Shown: in pieces, positions 9,444 to 19,695 of the stretch
Position numbering within the stretch: the first letter of the stretch is position 1
How the letters are laid out: each line of letters starts with the position of its first letter
The notes under the pieces: model-generated
Database searches by the model: none
Told to the model about the DNA's origin: nothing
What the model saw: the letters and a program-made list of their open reading frames with translations, nothing else
Made by a program: the position numbers and the translations under genes
NCBI GenBank assembly: GCA_965233865.1
Contig: OZ247587.1
Location: 1,600,001 to 1,664,000 of the forward strand
Direction of reading: 5' to 3'
Length of the DNA stretch: 64,000 nucleotides
Origin: Candidatus Neptunichlamydia sp.
GTDB taxonomy: Bacteria; Chlamydiota; Chlamydiia; Chlamydiales; Simkaniaceae

Positions 9444-11621
9444 ATGAATGTGAAGCAGCTGGAAACCCACTTAGAGAGGCAGAGCGAGCGGCTCCGATCT
9501 CTTCTTGTCATGCTAAGGCGAGTAGAAGGGACCTATGAAAAGCTAGAGATTCTCAATTCGCTTCCTGAAGTGGACGCTTACTTTTCTTTTCCTTCTCCAT
9601 TAAAAACGTTCCTTTCTGGGGTAACGCCCGAGTGTGAATATGCAATTAAAGCGACCTTTGCAATCGGACAAGGTCCTCGCCTTTTTGAATGGGAGGGTAT
9701 TGAAGCAGGGAAGCATCTTCGGTCTCTTTTGGAAGACCTTTTAATCTTGGAGGATTTTTACCAAGATATGGGTGGAATTATTGGGTACCACCACCTCGTC
9801 TTAACATTGCTTGGACAAGAAACAAGTGGCGAGGGCGTTGATCTCTATCCTCCTGTTGGAATTGACTTGCGATCGGAAACTTCAGCAATCAGAGAGGCAA
9901 TTCTCAAAGGGGTTGAAAATCAGGGAGAAATGGCAGAGCTTTATCCGGTTGGTGGAGCGGCGGATCGATTGCAACTTAAGGATGAAAAAACCGAGGAGGG
10001 ACTTCCTGCTGCTCGCTTAGTTTTTTTAGGAAAACCTCTTCTCGAGGGGGTAATCAACGACTTGCAAGCACGCGAATACCTCCACTACAAACTTTTTGGT
10101 GGTCAAGTTACAACTCCGATTGGGATGATGACTTCGCGCGTGAATCGGAATCACGATCATATCAAAGAAATTTGCGCTCAAAACCAGTGGTTTGGGCGCT
10201 CTCAAGAATCTTTTTGTTTCTTTTCGCAACCCTCTGTTCCCACTTTTACACGTGAGGGAAACTGGTGTTTGCAAAAACCCCTGAAGCTTCTCCTAAAGCC
10301 TGGAGGGCATGGGATGCTTTGGAAACTGCTTAGGCAGTCAGGGGTTTTTGCCTGGCTAAAAGAGAAGGGGAGTCAAAAAGCCCTCGTGAGACAGATCAAT
10401 AATCCTATGGCTGCAATCGACTACGGCCTCCTTGCCTTTGTTGGGTTTGGCCATAAGGGAGATAAAGCCTTTGGTTTTGCTTCGTGTCCTCGCCTTGTGA
10501 ATGCTCAAGAGGGGATGAATGTTGTAAAAGAGAAAAGTGGCAAAGAAGTGCTCACAAACGTCGAATATTGTGACTTTGCAAAGTGTGGGATCGAAGATGA
10601 ACCTTTTGAAGAGGGAGGGAAATACTCGCGCTTTCCCTCGAACACAAATATCCTTTTTACCGATCTGAAAGAGGTTGAAAAGGTTTCAAAGAAGCTCCCC
10701 AATCCAGGACTTCTTGTGAACTTTCGAAAGAGGCATCATTATCATAGCCCTGATGAGAAGGAAGAAATTGCCCGTTTAGAAACAACGATGCAAAATATTG
10801 CTGATGGATTGGCCGTCTCCAAAGGGGAAGACTTGCCTACCTACCTTACGTTCAATAAACGGCGGAAAACGATTTCAACAACGAAAAGAAAATTGTCGGC
10901 TAAGGGGGCTATGCTCGAAACTCCTGAAGGGTGCTATTACGACTACATGCTTAATGCTAAGGAGCTTCTTGAAACCCATTGCTACATGGCTCTTCCCTCA
11001 TTTCCAGATGAATTAACGTTTGCAAAAAAAGGACCTTCATTTCTATTTAGTTATCATCCCGCGCTCGGCCCTCTCTACTCTATCATCGGACAGAAGATTC
11101 AGAGAGGAACGATTGCAGCTGGGTCAGAGCTTCAGCTCGAAATTGCAGATCTCTACCTTAAGGGGCTAAACCTTGAAGGAAGTCTTTTGATTAATGCGAC
11201 AGATGTCATGGGACACAAAGAAAAAGGGTTGCTCAAATATTCAGAAAAGACGGGGCAGTGTGTTTTAGAAAACGTCCATGTTGTGAACGAAGGGATTGAT
11301 TGGGAAGAGGACCATCTCTTTTGGCGCCATGATGTAAAGAGGCGTTCAAGTCTTACCATTACGCTTCATGGACACTCAAGGTTTGTGGCAAAGGACCTAA
11401 AGATCTCAGGAGACCTATCCCTGGAAGTTCCGCATGGAATGCAAATGACGGCTAAAGAAGAAAACGGTCGTGTGATTTTTATCACCGAATCTTTGGATGA
11501 CTTAGGGGATGATACGGGTCCTTTTTGGGCGTATTCTGTTGCTGCAGATCATTCCATAGAGATAAAAAAAACCGAAAAGGAAGACTTTCCGGTTAAAGAT
11601 TCGTCAAGTCAGATGACTTGA
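9444..11621 (+). CDS. UTP--glucose-1-phosphate uridylyltransferase (UDPGP family, plant UGP3-like)
   Basis: YPVGGAADRL, KPGGHG..W, RQINNP, NVEY, RLETTMQNIAD; start at 9444 or 9396. Confidence 0.8.
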   Translation: MNVKQLETHLERQSERLRSLLVMLRRVEGTYEKLEILNSLPEVDAYFSFPSPLKTFLSGVTPECEYAIKATFAIGQGPRLFEWEGIEAGKHLRSLLEDLLILEDFYQDMGGIIGYHHLVLTLLGQETSGEGVDLYPPVGIDLRSETSAIREAILKGVENQGEMAELYPVGGAADRLQLKDEKTEEGLPAARLVFLGKPLLEGVINDLQAREYLHYKLFGGQVTTPIGMMTSRVNRNHDHIKEICAQNQWFGRSQESFCFFSQPSVPTFTREGNWCLQKPLKLLLKPGGHGMLWKLLRQSGVFAWLKEKGSQKALVRQINNPMAAIDYGLLAFVGFGHKGDKAFGFASCPRLVNAQEGMNVVKEKSGKEVLTNVEYCDFAKCGIEDEPFEEGGKYSRFPSNTNILFTDLKEVEKVSKKLPNPGLLVNFRKRHHYHSPDEKEEIARLETTMQNIADGLAVSKGEDLPTYLTFNKRRKTISTTKRKLSAKGAMLETPEGCYYDYMLNAKELLETHCYMALPSFPDELTFAKKGPSFLFSYHPALGPLYSIIGQKIQRGTIAAGSELQLEIADLYLKGLNLEGSLLINATDVMGHKEKGLLKYSEKTGQCVLENVHVVNEGIDWEEDHLFWRHDVKRRSSLTITLHGHSRFVAKDLKISGDLSLEVPHGMQMTAKEENGRVIFITESLDDLGDDTGPFWAYSVAADHSIEIKKTEKEDFPVKDSSSQMT

Positions 11622-11643
11622 ACTAGGTGATTTTTATAGCTTT

Positions 11644-11898
11644 TCATCGGCGGTTAGTCCACAAGTGCCGACAAAAACAAACGGATGCAACAGCTCCGGT
11701 TCCATAAACGAGTAATTTATTTTTTAAGGGTTCTGGAGTATGGTCTTTAACCCAAATAAAGACAGGGCTTGTGACTTTTGATATTTTTTTCCCAATAGAT
11801 GTGTCTAGTAGGTGGTTGCAGCCTTGAGCAACCAATGCGCTTCCGGTTTTATAGATTTCATTAAACTCTTTCCCAACTTTTCCTAGTATGTCTAACAT
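11644..11898 (-). CDS. Small hypothetical protein with C-terminal hydrophobic segment
   Basis: 84-aa ORF; AAGGA SD-like sequence upstream; fills the intergenic gap. Confidence 0.5.
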   Translation of the reverse strand: MLDILGKVGKEFNEIYKTGSALVAQGCNHLLDTSIGKKISKVTSPVFIWVKDHTPEPLKNKLLVYGTGAVASVCFCRHLWTNRR

Positions 11899-12035
11899 AG
11901 TGATTCCTTGTTAAAATTTTCTTATAGGAAGAGGGGATTCTCCCCCTGTTTTTTATGAGAAAAAGTATAAGGTAAAATCCTTTTGTGTAAAGAGTCTTTT
12001 ATGTACAATGGGGGATTATTTTTTTGAGGTTTAAG

Positions 12036-13131
12036 ATGAATGATGAGATTCGTATGAAATTAAAAGATATTGATAACAGACTGCTCCACATGTGGAGGTA
12101 TCTTTGACTTAGAGGAGAAGGAAAAAGAAGTTGTTATTTTAGAAAAAAAGATGGAAAAGGGGGATTTTTGGTCGGATAGTGATACGGCGCAAGCCGTTAT
12201 TTTTCAGTGTAATATCATTAAAGAATGGACAACCCCCTATCGTAGCATTAAAACAAGATTTGAAGCTTCGAAAGAACTTCTTGAAGAAATGGAAGAGGAA
12301 GAAGATCCTGAGCTGTATAGGGATCTTTTAAAAGAGCTTGATGAGGTGCAGCAGGGGATTGAAGATCTCGAAATAAAAAAAATGCTTTCGGGCGAGCTCG
12401 ATAATAAGAATTGCTATTTGAGTGTCAATGCAGGCGCTGGGGGTACAGAATCTTGCGACTGGGCACAGATGATTCTTCGGATGTATCAGAAATGGGCAAC
12501 TAAACGGAGATGGAAAGTAGAGCTTGTTGAAAAACTTGACGGGGAAGTTGCGGGGGTTAAGAATGCGACCCTTCATGTTACAGGCCTCTTTGCCTATGGA
12601 TATTGCAAAGCGGAGAAGGGTGTGCATCGTCTTGTCCGTATTTCTCCATTCGACAGCAACGCCAGGCGCCATACGAGTTTTGCTTCTGTAGATATCATTC
12701 CTGAAATTACCGATGACATACAAATTGAGATCAAACCGGATGAGATTCGGATTGATACGTTTCGTTCATCCGGTGCTGGTGGGCAGCATGTCAACACAAC
12801 CGATTCTGCGGTGCGGATTACTCACCTAAAAACAGGGATTGTTGTCTCGTGTCAAGGAGAGCGGAGCCAGTTACAGAATAAAGAAACCTGTTTTAAAATG
12901 CTTCGGTCAAAGTTATATGAAAAAGAGATTCTGGAGCGTGAGGAAGCAATTTCAAAGCTGGGAGGGGAAAAGAAGGATATCGCTTGGGGATCGCAAATTC
13001 GCAACTATGTTTTTCAACCTTATACACTTGTAAAAGATACACGCACCAAGTATGAAGAGGGGAATATTCAAGAGGTCATGGACGGGTCTCTGGATGGATT
13101 TGTAAATGCATACCTAAAGGAATTTGGTTAG
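12036..13131 (+). CDS. prfB: Peptide chain release factor 2, +1 programmed frameshift
   Basis: ATG at 12036 reads MNDEIRMKLKDIDNRLLHMWRYL to CTT-TGA-C (12102-12108); SPF and GGQ motifs lie in the +1 frame. Confidence 0.97.
12094..12108 (+). promoter_or_regulatory. prfB frameshift cassette (internal SD plus CTT TGA C)
   Basis: GGAGGT-AT-CTT-TGA-C. Confidence 0.95.
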
Positions 13132-13658
13132 TGGGTATTCCAGATGAGAGTGAATACGATATAAGATATACAACTTGGAAGGATCATCCTTTTCTTCAAA
13201 AATGGATGGAGATGGAGGAAAATCGCCTTTGGTACCCTGTCTCTTCAGACAAAGATGTTGAAAATATGAGCAGGAATTGGGTTAGTTTTTACAAGTATGG
13301 ATCAAGTTTAACAGCAACTTACAAGGGAGAGGTTGCAGGCATTGCAACACTTTTTCTAATGCCATATCAGAAGGTGACACATCACTGCAGCCTCTACTTC
13401 ATTGTGAACCCTGAAATGAGGTGGCAAGGAGTAGGAACTTCAATTGTAAAGAATATTACACACCTTGGGAAAAGCTACTTCCGTTTTGAGTGGATCAACG
13501 CTGAAGTTTGGGAAAGATGTCCTGCTCTTCCGATTTTGGAAAAGTTGGGATATGTTGAAGTGGCAAAACAAGAGAAGTATATTAAGAAAAAAAATGGAAC
13601 CTACTTAGCCCGCCATGTCATGCAGGTTAACCTTCTTGAGGGCAAGGATGGGAAGTAA
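13131..13658 (+). CDS. GNAT family acetyltransferase
   Basis: VNPEMRWQGVGT acetyl-CoA motif; LEKLGY. Confidence 0.85.
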   Translation: MGIPDESEYDIRYTTWKDHPFLQKWMEMEENRLWYPVSSDKDVENMSRNWVSFYKYGSSLTATYKGEVAGIATLFLMPYQKVTHHCSLYFIVNPEMRWQGVGTSIVKNITHLGKSYFRFEWINAEVWERCPALPILEKLGYVEVAKQEKYIKKKNGTYLARHVMQVNLLEGKDGK

Positions 13659-14148
13659 GCCGGGTGTCACGTTTAGGTCGACAGATAAGAAAGACCTTCC
13701 CCTTTTTACAGAATGGCTCCTTCAACCGGGGGTTCTTGTTGGATTTCCGATGATGAATCGAAGAGAAGTAGAGGATGCTGTTCGCCTCTGGACCCATTAT
13801 ATTAATAAGGGGTTGTCTATTACAGCACTCTATAAGAAAAAACCGGTTGGTGCCGCAAACCTCTATCTCCATGAGGTGGAAAAAATGGCTCACCAATCAC
13901 TGTTTGTGGTCATCCTCGATGAAAAGTACAGAGGAATGGGGATTGGGACCCTTCTTTTGAAAGAAATTGTAAAGCTTGGGCTTAAGCGAGGACTTGAGAT
14001 TCTTCACTTAGAGGTTTATGACAAAAATCCGGCGGTCCGTCTCTACAAAAAACTCGGTTTTAAAGAGTATGGGCGCCATGCTCGTTATCTAAAAGATGCC
14101 GAAGGAAATTGCTACGACAAAATTTTAATGCAAATGGAAATTCAATAG
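13648..14148 (+). CDS. GNAT family acetyltransferase
   Basis: YRGMGIGT, NPAVRLYKKLGF; start re-called at MGSKP. Confidence 0.88.
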   Translation: MGSKPGVTFRSTDKKDLPLFTEWLLQPGVLVGFPMMNRREVEDAVRLWTHYINKGLSITALYKKKPVGAANLYLHEVEKMAHQSLFVVILDEKYRGMGIGTLLLKEIVKLGLKRGLEILHLEVYDKNPAVRLYKKLGFKEYGRHARYLKDAEGNCYDKILMQMEIQ

Positions 14149-14160
14149 AGAGATAGGTTC

Positions 14161-14877
14161 ATGGCTGGACATAGTAAATGGGCAAATATTAAGCATAAAA
14201 AAGGGCGAGCCGATGCGAAGAAGGGGAAGATCTTTTCTCGGTGCGCAAAAGAGATTATTAGCGCGGTAAAGCAGGGAGGGCCAGATCCTAAGGCAAACAC
14301 AAAACTCCGTCTTGCATTGCAAAAAGCAAGGGCGGCGAATGTTCCTTCTGACGTTATTGATCGCAATATTAAAAAAGCGTCAAGCTCAGATCAGGCAGAC
14401 TTTACCGAACTGACATACGAGCTCTATGGACATGGAGGAGTTGGAATCATCGTAGATGCTATGACGGATAATAAGAACCGCACAGCTTCTGATATGAGGA
14501 TTGCAACGAACAAAAAAGGGGGAAGTATTGGTTCACCTGGATCTGTTGCCTTTAACTTTGACCGGAAAGGAGTAATTCAGATTGGAAAAGATCAAGGGGA
14601 CGAAGAGTTTCTTTTCATGCAAGCAACGGATGCGGGTGCTGATGATTTTGATATTGCAGAAGACACCTTTATCGTGGTGACTCCTCCAGATTTGCTGTAT
14701 GAGGTGAAAGACAAACTTGAAGACGCAGGAGTTGCAGTTGGTGAGGCAAGTCTCGAGATGATTTCAAAAACCACGGTTTCCTGTGATGGTGATACACGCG
14801 CTGCCAACGATGCTCTCATCGAGTTTCTTGAGGAGCTAGATGACGTTGATGCTGTCTTCCATAACATGGAAGATTAG
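14161..14877 (+). CDS. yebC: YebC/PmpR family protein
   Basis: MAGHSKWANIKHKK, YELYGHGG, TDNKNRT, LDDVDAVFHN. Confidence 0.96.
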   Translation: MAGHSKWANIKHKKGRADAKKGKIFSRCAKEIISAVKQGGPDPKANTKLRLALQKARAANVPSDVIDRNIKKASSSDQADFTELTYELYGHGGVGIIVDAMTDNKNRTASDMRIATNKKGGSIGSPGSVAFNFDRKGVIQIGKDQGDEEFLFMQATDAGADDFDIAEDTFIVVTPPDLLYEVKDKLEDAGVAVGEASLEMISKTTVSCDGDTRAANDALIEFLEELDDVDAVFHNMED

Positions 14878-14926
14878 GCAGCACACCCAAAAGACCTCTC
14901 TTTGTAGATTAATATTAAAATATTTA

Positions 14927-15514
14927 TTATTGTTCTTTAATAAACTGTTTGATTCGAATTATTGCAGTTAAAATAGTTAGAGCTCCAAAAAGAAGGGCCA
15001 AAAGTGTAAAAAAGTTTGGAGATAAGATCATTAAGCTAAAAAAGATGAAGGCCTCTGCTCTCTCAATCAATCCAGGGCTATAATGGAAGCTTTTTTCTGA
15101 GGAATTTTTCTGAAAAATACCCACAACCAGAAATGTGGTGATACAGAGCAGAATAGAGCCAAGCATCCAAATTGTCATGAGTCCTCGGCTTTCAGGGGCA
15201 TAAAGGAATAGTCCCAATAGAATAGCCCATTCAACGAGGCGGTCCGCTACAATGTCTAAGACGGCTCCAGCTGGAGAGGACAGGTTCTTATGGCGGGCTA
15301 GAGATCCATCAAGCGTGTCGCAAAACCCGCTTATCCCTAGCAGTAGTAAAGCACCAATCGACTGATGAAAATATAGAAAAAAAGGAATTAAGATGCCAAA
15401 AGCCATTCCTATAAGAGTCACCGTTAAAGGAGATACCCCCTTCAAAAATGCCTTTTTGAGCAGTGGTTCAATGATCAGGCGTTGATATGGTGTGCGGTAG
15501 TTACTATCGATCAT
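14927..15514 (-). CDS. CDP-alcohol phosphatidyltransferase family protein (YnjF-like)
   Basis: DTLDGSLAR...GAVLDIVADR motif; GLIERAE. Confidence 0.88.
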   Translation of the reverse strand: MIDSNYRTPYQRLIIEPLLKKAFLKGVSPLTVTLIGMAFGILIPFFLYFHQSIGALLLLGISGFCDTLDGSLARHKNLSSPAGAVLDIVADRLVEWAILLGLFLYAPESRGLMTIWMLGSILLCITTFLVVGIFQKNSSEKSFHYSPGLIERAEAFIFFSLMILSPNFFTLLALLFGALTILTAIIRIKQFIKEQ

Positions 15515-15754
15515 GTCTTAGTTTTTTAACAAAAAAAGAGATTAAAGAGAATAGAGCAAGTAGGACAAGGGGAAAATTCAGCTGAACGTTCAAATCAACA
15601 AGGAGAGTGTAGACATCTTCTTTTACACTGACTCTCAAGTCCAAGTTTTGAGAATCTACTAGACAAACTCACGTTACAATAATATCAAAAACTTTATTCA
15701 TTGAAACAATTCACCTTCATTTCCTATATAGAAATTAAACAATTTAAAGGCGAT

Positions 15755-18376
15755 ATGAATCCGGAAAAAAAACGTCTTTTAGAAGACAAAAAGAAAACCA
15801 AGTACTGGAAACATTTCGGTCCTTACTTAGCGGAAAGGCAATGGGGAACTGTTCGGGAAGATTATAGCAAGGATGGTTCAACATGGGATTATTTTCCTTA
15901 CGAAATGGCTATGGAGAGAGCCTACCGCTGGGGAGAAGATGGAATAGCAGGCATTTCTGATACACATGCCCGTCTTTGCTTTGCTCTTAGTTTTTGGAAT
16001 GAGGAAGATCCCTTTATCAAAGAGAGAATCTTTGGACTTTCAAACCCAGAGGGAAATCACGGGGAAGACGTGAAAGAGTATTATTATTACCTTGATAATA
16101 CCCCCACTCACTCCTACATGAAATATCTCTACAAATACACACAAGCAGAATACCCTTACCAGGCTATCCGCAAGGCAAATGCTAATCGTTCTCAAGATGA
16201 GGGGGAGTATGAGCTTATTGACACCGGGATTTTCGACCATAATAGGTATTACGACATTTTTGTCGAGTATGCCAAAAAGGGACCTGATGATATTGCAGTT
16301 CGGACCACCATTCACAATCGAGGAAATGAAGAGAAAACCCTCCACGTTCTTCCTACTCTTTGGGCGCGGAATGAATGGTTCAAAGAAGGGGTATCAAAAC
16401 CTCTTCTAAAGGCTCGAGAAGGAAATAATGCGATTGATCTGCAGCACCCAAGCGTTGGTAATTATGTCCTTTATGGCGAAGAAGCAGAAGAGCTACTCTT
16501 CACCGAAAACGAAACAAAGGGAAAAGGAAAGTATAGCAAAGACGGGATCAATGAATACCTTGTCCATCAAAAAACTCAAGCTGTCAATCCAGAAAGAGAA
16601 GGGACAAAAGGAGCTTTCCACTACATCATTAAAATTCCCCCTTCTGAATCCAGAGAGATTCATCTCCGTCTCACCACAGAAGAAGAGATGAAGAATATCG
16701 CTTCTGAAAACAATAAACTCCTTAAGCTGAGAATGCGAGAAACTGAAGAATTCTATGGAGAAATTATTCCAACATCACTTACTAATGAACACCGAATGAT
16801 CGCACGGCAAGCTTATGCTGGGATGCTTTGGAATAAAATGTATTACAACTTAGTCATTCCTGAGTGGATGGCTGGAGATCCTAACTTTAACCCTCCCCTC
16901 CCTGCAAGAGATCCTAATACCGTTCGCAATGGAGAATGGCTCCATCTCTACTCCGATGATATTGTCTCTACTCCCGATAAATGGGAATTTAACATGTTCT
17001 TCTCCTGGGATACGGCTTTTCATGCCCTCCCACTAGCCGTTTTAGATGCGGAATATGCCAAACATCACATACATCTTTTAACGCAAGAATGGTATATGCA
17101 CCCCAATGGAATGCTCCCAGCCTACGAGTGGAATTTTTATGACGTGAATCCACCCGTTCATGCTTGGGGAGCTCTCAGAGTTTATCAAATTGATAAAAAA
17201 AGAAATGGAGTTGAAGACCGTCTTTTTTTAGAGAAAGTGTTCCAAAAGCTCCTTCTAAATTTCACATGGTGGGTCAACCGAAAAGATAATTCTGGAAAAA
17301 ATATTTTCCAAGGGGGTTTTCTTGGCCTCGATAACATTAGCGTTTTTAACCGAAGCGCTGAATTGCCGGTTGGCGCGACTCTCTATCAATCCGATGCCAC
17401 CAGTTGGATGGGGATGTTTTGCCTTAATATGCTTTCTATTGCCTTTGAGCTTGCCGTAGAAGATGTTGCTTATGAGAATATGGCAAACAAGTTTTATAAC
17501 CATTACCTCCTGATTGCCGATGCAATCAACTACTCAGGGACCCGTTCACACCCTCTATGGGATGATGAAGATGGATTCTATTACGACGTTTTAAAAACGG
17601 CAGGAGGAAAAGAAATTCCCCTAAAAGTGCGCTCACTTGTCGGGCTCATGCCTCTTCTTGCAGTGACCATCATTGAACCTGAGGTTCTCGAAAAATTTAC
17701 CGTCTTTAAAAAGAAAATGGATTGGTTTTTAGATCACCGCCATGACCTATGCGAAAAAGTGGCTTGTATGCGCACTCCTGGTGTTGGGGGGCGAAGAATT
17801 CTTTCCATTGTCGATAGAGCAAAACTCACACGCATGCTCGGTTTCATGCTTGACGAAGAAAAATTCCTTAGTCCCTATGGAATCCGGTCCATTTCAAAGT
17901 GTCATGATGAAAACCCCTTTAAACTCAAACTTAATGGAGATGAGTTTTCCGTCGATTACGAGCCTGGTGAGTCAAAGAGTCGCCTTTTTGGAGGAAACTC
18001 CAATTGGCGAGGTCCCATTTGGTTTCCCCTGAATGTACTTCTTATTGAGTCGCTCCAAAAATACCACTATTACTATGGCGACGATCTCAAAGTGGAGTGT
18101 CCTACCGGCTCTGGAAACTTTATGAATCTGTGGGATGTTGCCGCTGAGCTTTCAAAACGTTTGGTGAGTATTTTTGAAAACGATTCTGAAGGAAACCGTC
18201 CTGTATTCGGAGACCGTCCCAAATTTCAATCCGACCCCCATTTCCATGACTACCTCCTCTTTCATGAATATTTCCATGGAGGCTCCGGGCAAGGGCTCGG
18301 TGCCAATCACCAGATGGGATGGACCGGTTTCGTTGCTAAGCTTATCAAGCAGCTTGGGGAATATGGTCACATTTAG
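15755..18376 (+). CDS. GH63/MGH1-like glycoside hydrolase (glucosidase)
   Basis: GPYLAERQWGTVREDYS, GNHGEDVKE, PDKWE, WDTAFH, GGFLGLDNI, NSNWRGPIW, HQMGWTG; start re-called at MNPEK. Confidence 0.88.
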   Translation: MNPEKKRLLEDKKKTKYWKHFGPYLAERQWGTVREDYSKDGSTWDYFPYEMAMERAYRWGEDGIAGISDTHARLCFALSFWNEEDPFIKERIFGLSNPEGNHGEDVKEYYYYLDNTPTHSYMKYLYKYTQAEYPYQAIRKANANRSQDEGEYELIDTGIFDHNRYYDIFVEYAKKGPDDIAVRTTIHNRGNEEKTLHVLPTLWARNEWFKEGVSKPLLKAREGNNAIDLQHPSVGNYVLYGEEAEELLFTENETKGKGKYSKDGINEYLVHQKTQAVNPEREGTKGAFHYIIKIPPSESREIHLRLTTEEEMKNIASENNKLLKLRMRETEEFYGEIIPTSLTNEHRMIARQAYAGMLWNKMYYNLVIPEWMAGDPNFNPPLPARDPNTVRNGEWLHLYSDDIVSTPDKWEFNMFFSWDTAFHALPLAVLDAEYAKHHIHLLTQEWYMHPNGMLPAYEWNFYDVNPPVHAWGALRVYQIDKKRNGVEDRLFLEKVFQKLLLNFTWWVNRKDNSGKNIFQGGFLGLDNISVFNRSAELPVGATLYQSDATSWMGMFCLNMLSIAFELAVEDVAYENMANKFYNHYLLIADAINYSGTRSHPLWDDEDGFYYDVLKTAGGKEIPLKVRSLVGLMPLLAVTIIEPEVLEKFTVFKKKMDWFLDHRHDLCEKVACMRTPGVGGRRILSIVDRAKLTRMLGFMLDEEKFLSPYGIRSISKCHDENPFKLKLNGDEFSVDYEPGESKSRLFGGNSNWRGPIWFPLNVLLIESLQKYHYYYGDDLKVECPTGSGNFMNLWDVAAELSKRLVSIFENDSEGNRPVFGDRPKFQSDPHFHDYLLFHEYFHGGSGQGLGANHQMGWTGFVAKLIKQLGEYGHI

Positions 18377-18406
18377 TTATTGATTTACAATTACTTAATA
18401 ACTTTT

Positions 18407-18441
18407 CAAGCAAAACTAAAATCTGATTTTAGTTTTGCTTG
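18407..18441. repeat. Perfect 17-bp inverted repeat with 1-nt spacer
   Basis: CAAGCAAAACTAAAATC-T-GATTTTAGTTTTGCTTG, followed by TTTTTGTTTT. Confidence 0.9.
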
Positions 18442-18506
18442 TTTTTGTTTTAACTCATTGTGTAATAAGGGTTATGTAGGAGGTTTTGTGGGTAAATATT
18501 TCAGTT

Positions 18507-18605
18507 GCAGGCCAACTCTTAAAGTTATCAGAAGTTGCAAAAGAATGTGGGATTACTCAACCAAACAGCAAAGAATTAACTATCGATTCTTGAATCGACC
18601 TATAT
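18507..18605 (+). pseudogene. Fragment of an AAA_14/DUF4143 ATPase gene, cut by IS3
   Basis: AGQLLKLSEVAKECGITQP, frameshift, then TAKN*LSILESTYI; resembles the wHTH segment of this family. Confidence 0.6.
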
Positions 18606-19695
18606 TGATCTTCCCCCGTTTCTGTAGACACTTTTAACATAGACTATTCTCATGTTTTTCTTCAAATTTCACCGGGCTCAAATATCCCAATGTTGAATGT
18701 CTTCTCTTATTGTTATAGTAGCATTCTATATAGTTAAATATTTCCTTTTCAGCAACTTCTGTATCTTTAAAAACTTTAGCTCCTACGCATTCTCTCTTAA
18801 GAGAATTGAAAAAACTTTCCATTGGGGCATTGTCATAGCAACTTCCTTTTCCACTCATGCTTCCAAGCATGTTGTTTTTCTTTAGACTTTTATCTATTGC
18901 TTCAGAGCCGTATTGTGACCCTTGATCGCTATGAAATATTATCCCTTCTACAGCTCCTCTTCCTGAGATTGCCTGCTCTAAAGCTTGTATGACCAATTCT
19001 TTTCTCATATGCTTTTTGATGGAATGTCCAACGATTTTCCTAGAGTAAAGAGCCATGACTGCACATAAATATGCCCACCCTTTGCCTGTCCTTATATAGG
19101 TAATATCGCTGACCCATTTAGCATTCTTTTTCTCTGCCGTAAAATTCTGGTGAAGCAAGTTCGGCTTCTTCTCTTTTCACTACAGTGCACCCCTTTTTCC
19201 TTCAGTTCCATAAAAATTCTTGGGCTTCCGTATCGTTTTTTGTGCTCATAAAAGATCTATTCTACTTCCTCGGTAAGCTTCTCTTCTTCTTGAACTCTTT
19301 TCCCTTTTGGAGATGACAAGAAGCGGTAGTACCCGCTTCTTGTCACTCCAAAGACTTGCGACATTTTCTCTATGGGAAATTCCTTTCTCAATTTCTTCAT
19401 AGCTCTATATTTGCTTTTGACATCGAGGAGAAAATGCCCATGGCCTTTTTTCAGTCGCTTAACCTCTTCTTCTTCCCTTGCCTGCTTTTCAGTCTTAATC
19501 AATCGACCATGGTCATGCTTACTGAGCCATACTTTTAGCGTAGAAACACCTATACCCAGATCATTTGCTACCTCTTCTCTCACTAGCTTGACCGCATTCC
19601 CTTTAAATTCATCATTGAATTTTTTCATTTACTTTTACTCCTCTTTAAGTTCGAGAAGTCTATATCATAACTGTCCTATTTTCGGGGGAAGATCA
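18606..19695 (-). mobile_element. IS3-family element, degenerate
   Basis: IRs TGATCTTCCCCCG (18606) and CGGGGGAAGATCA (ends 19695); orfA HTH 19257..19628; DDE core WVSDITY, HSDQGSQY, DNAPMESF at 18634..19158; frameshifts and deletions. Confidence 0.92.

Noticed and set aside
11930..11955. Hairpin GGGGA-TTC-TCCCC followed by a T run
   Set aside because: Terminator-like, but 300 bp from the nearest plus-strand stop and inside a divergent promoter region; cannot be assigned
18380..18637. 85-aa ORF
   Set aside because: Runs across the palindrome, the DUF4143 stump and the IS3 end; not protein-like
19372..19695. N-terminal part of the 330-aa ORF 19372..20364
   Set aside because: It is the antisense strand of IS3 orfA; only the part after 19695 is Clp-like
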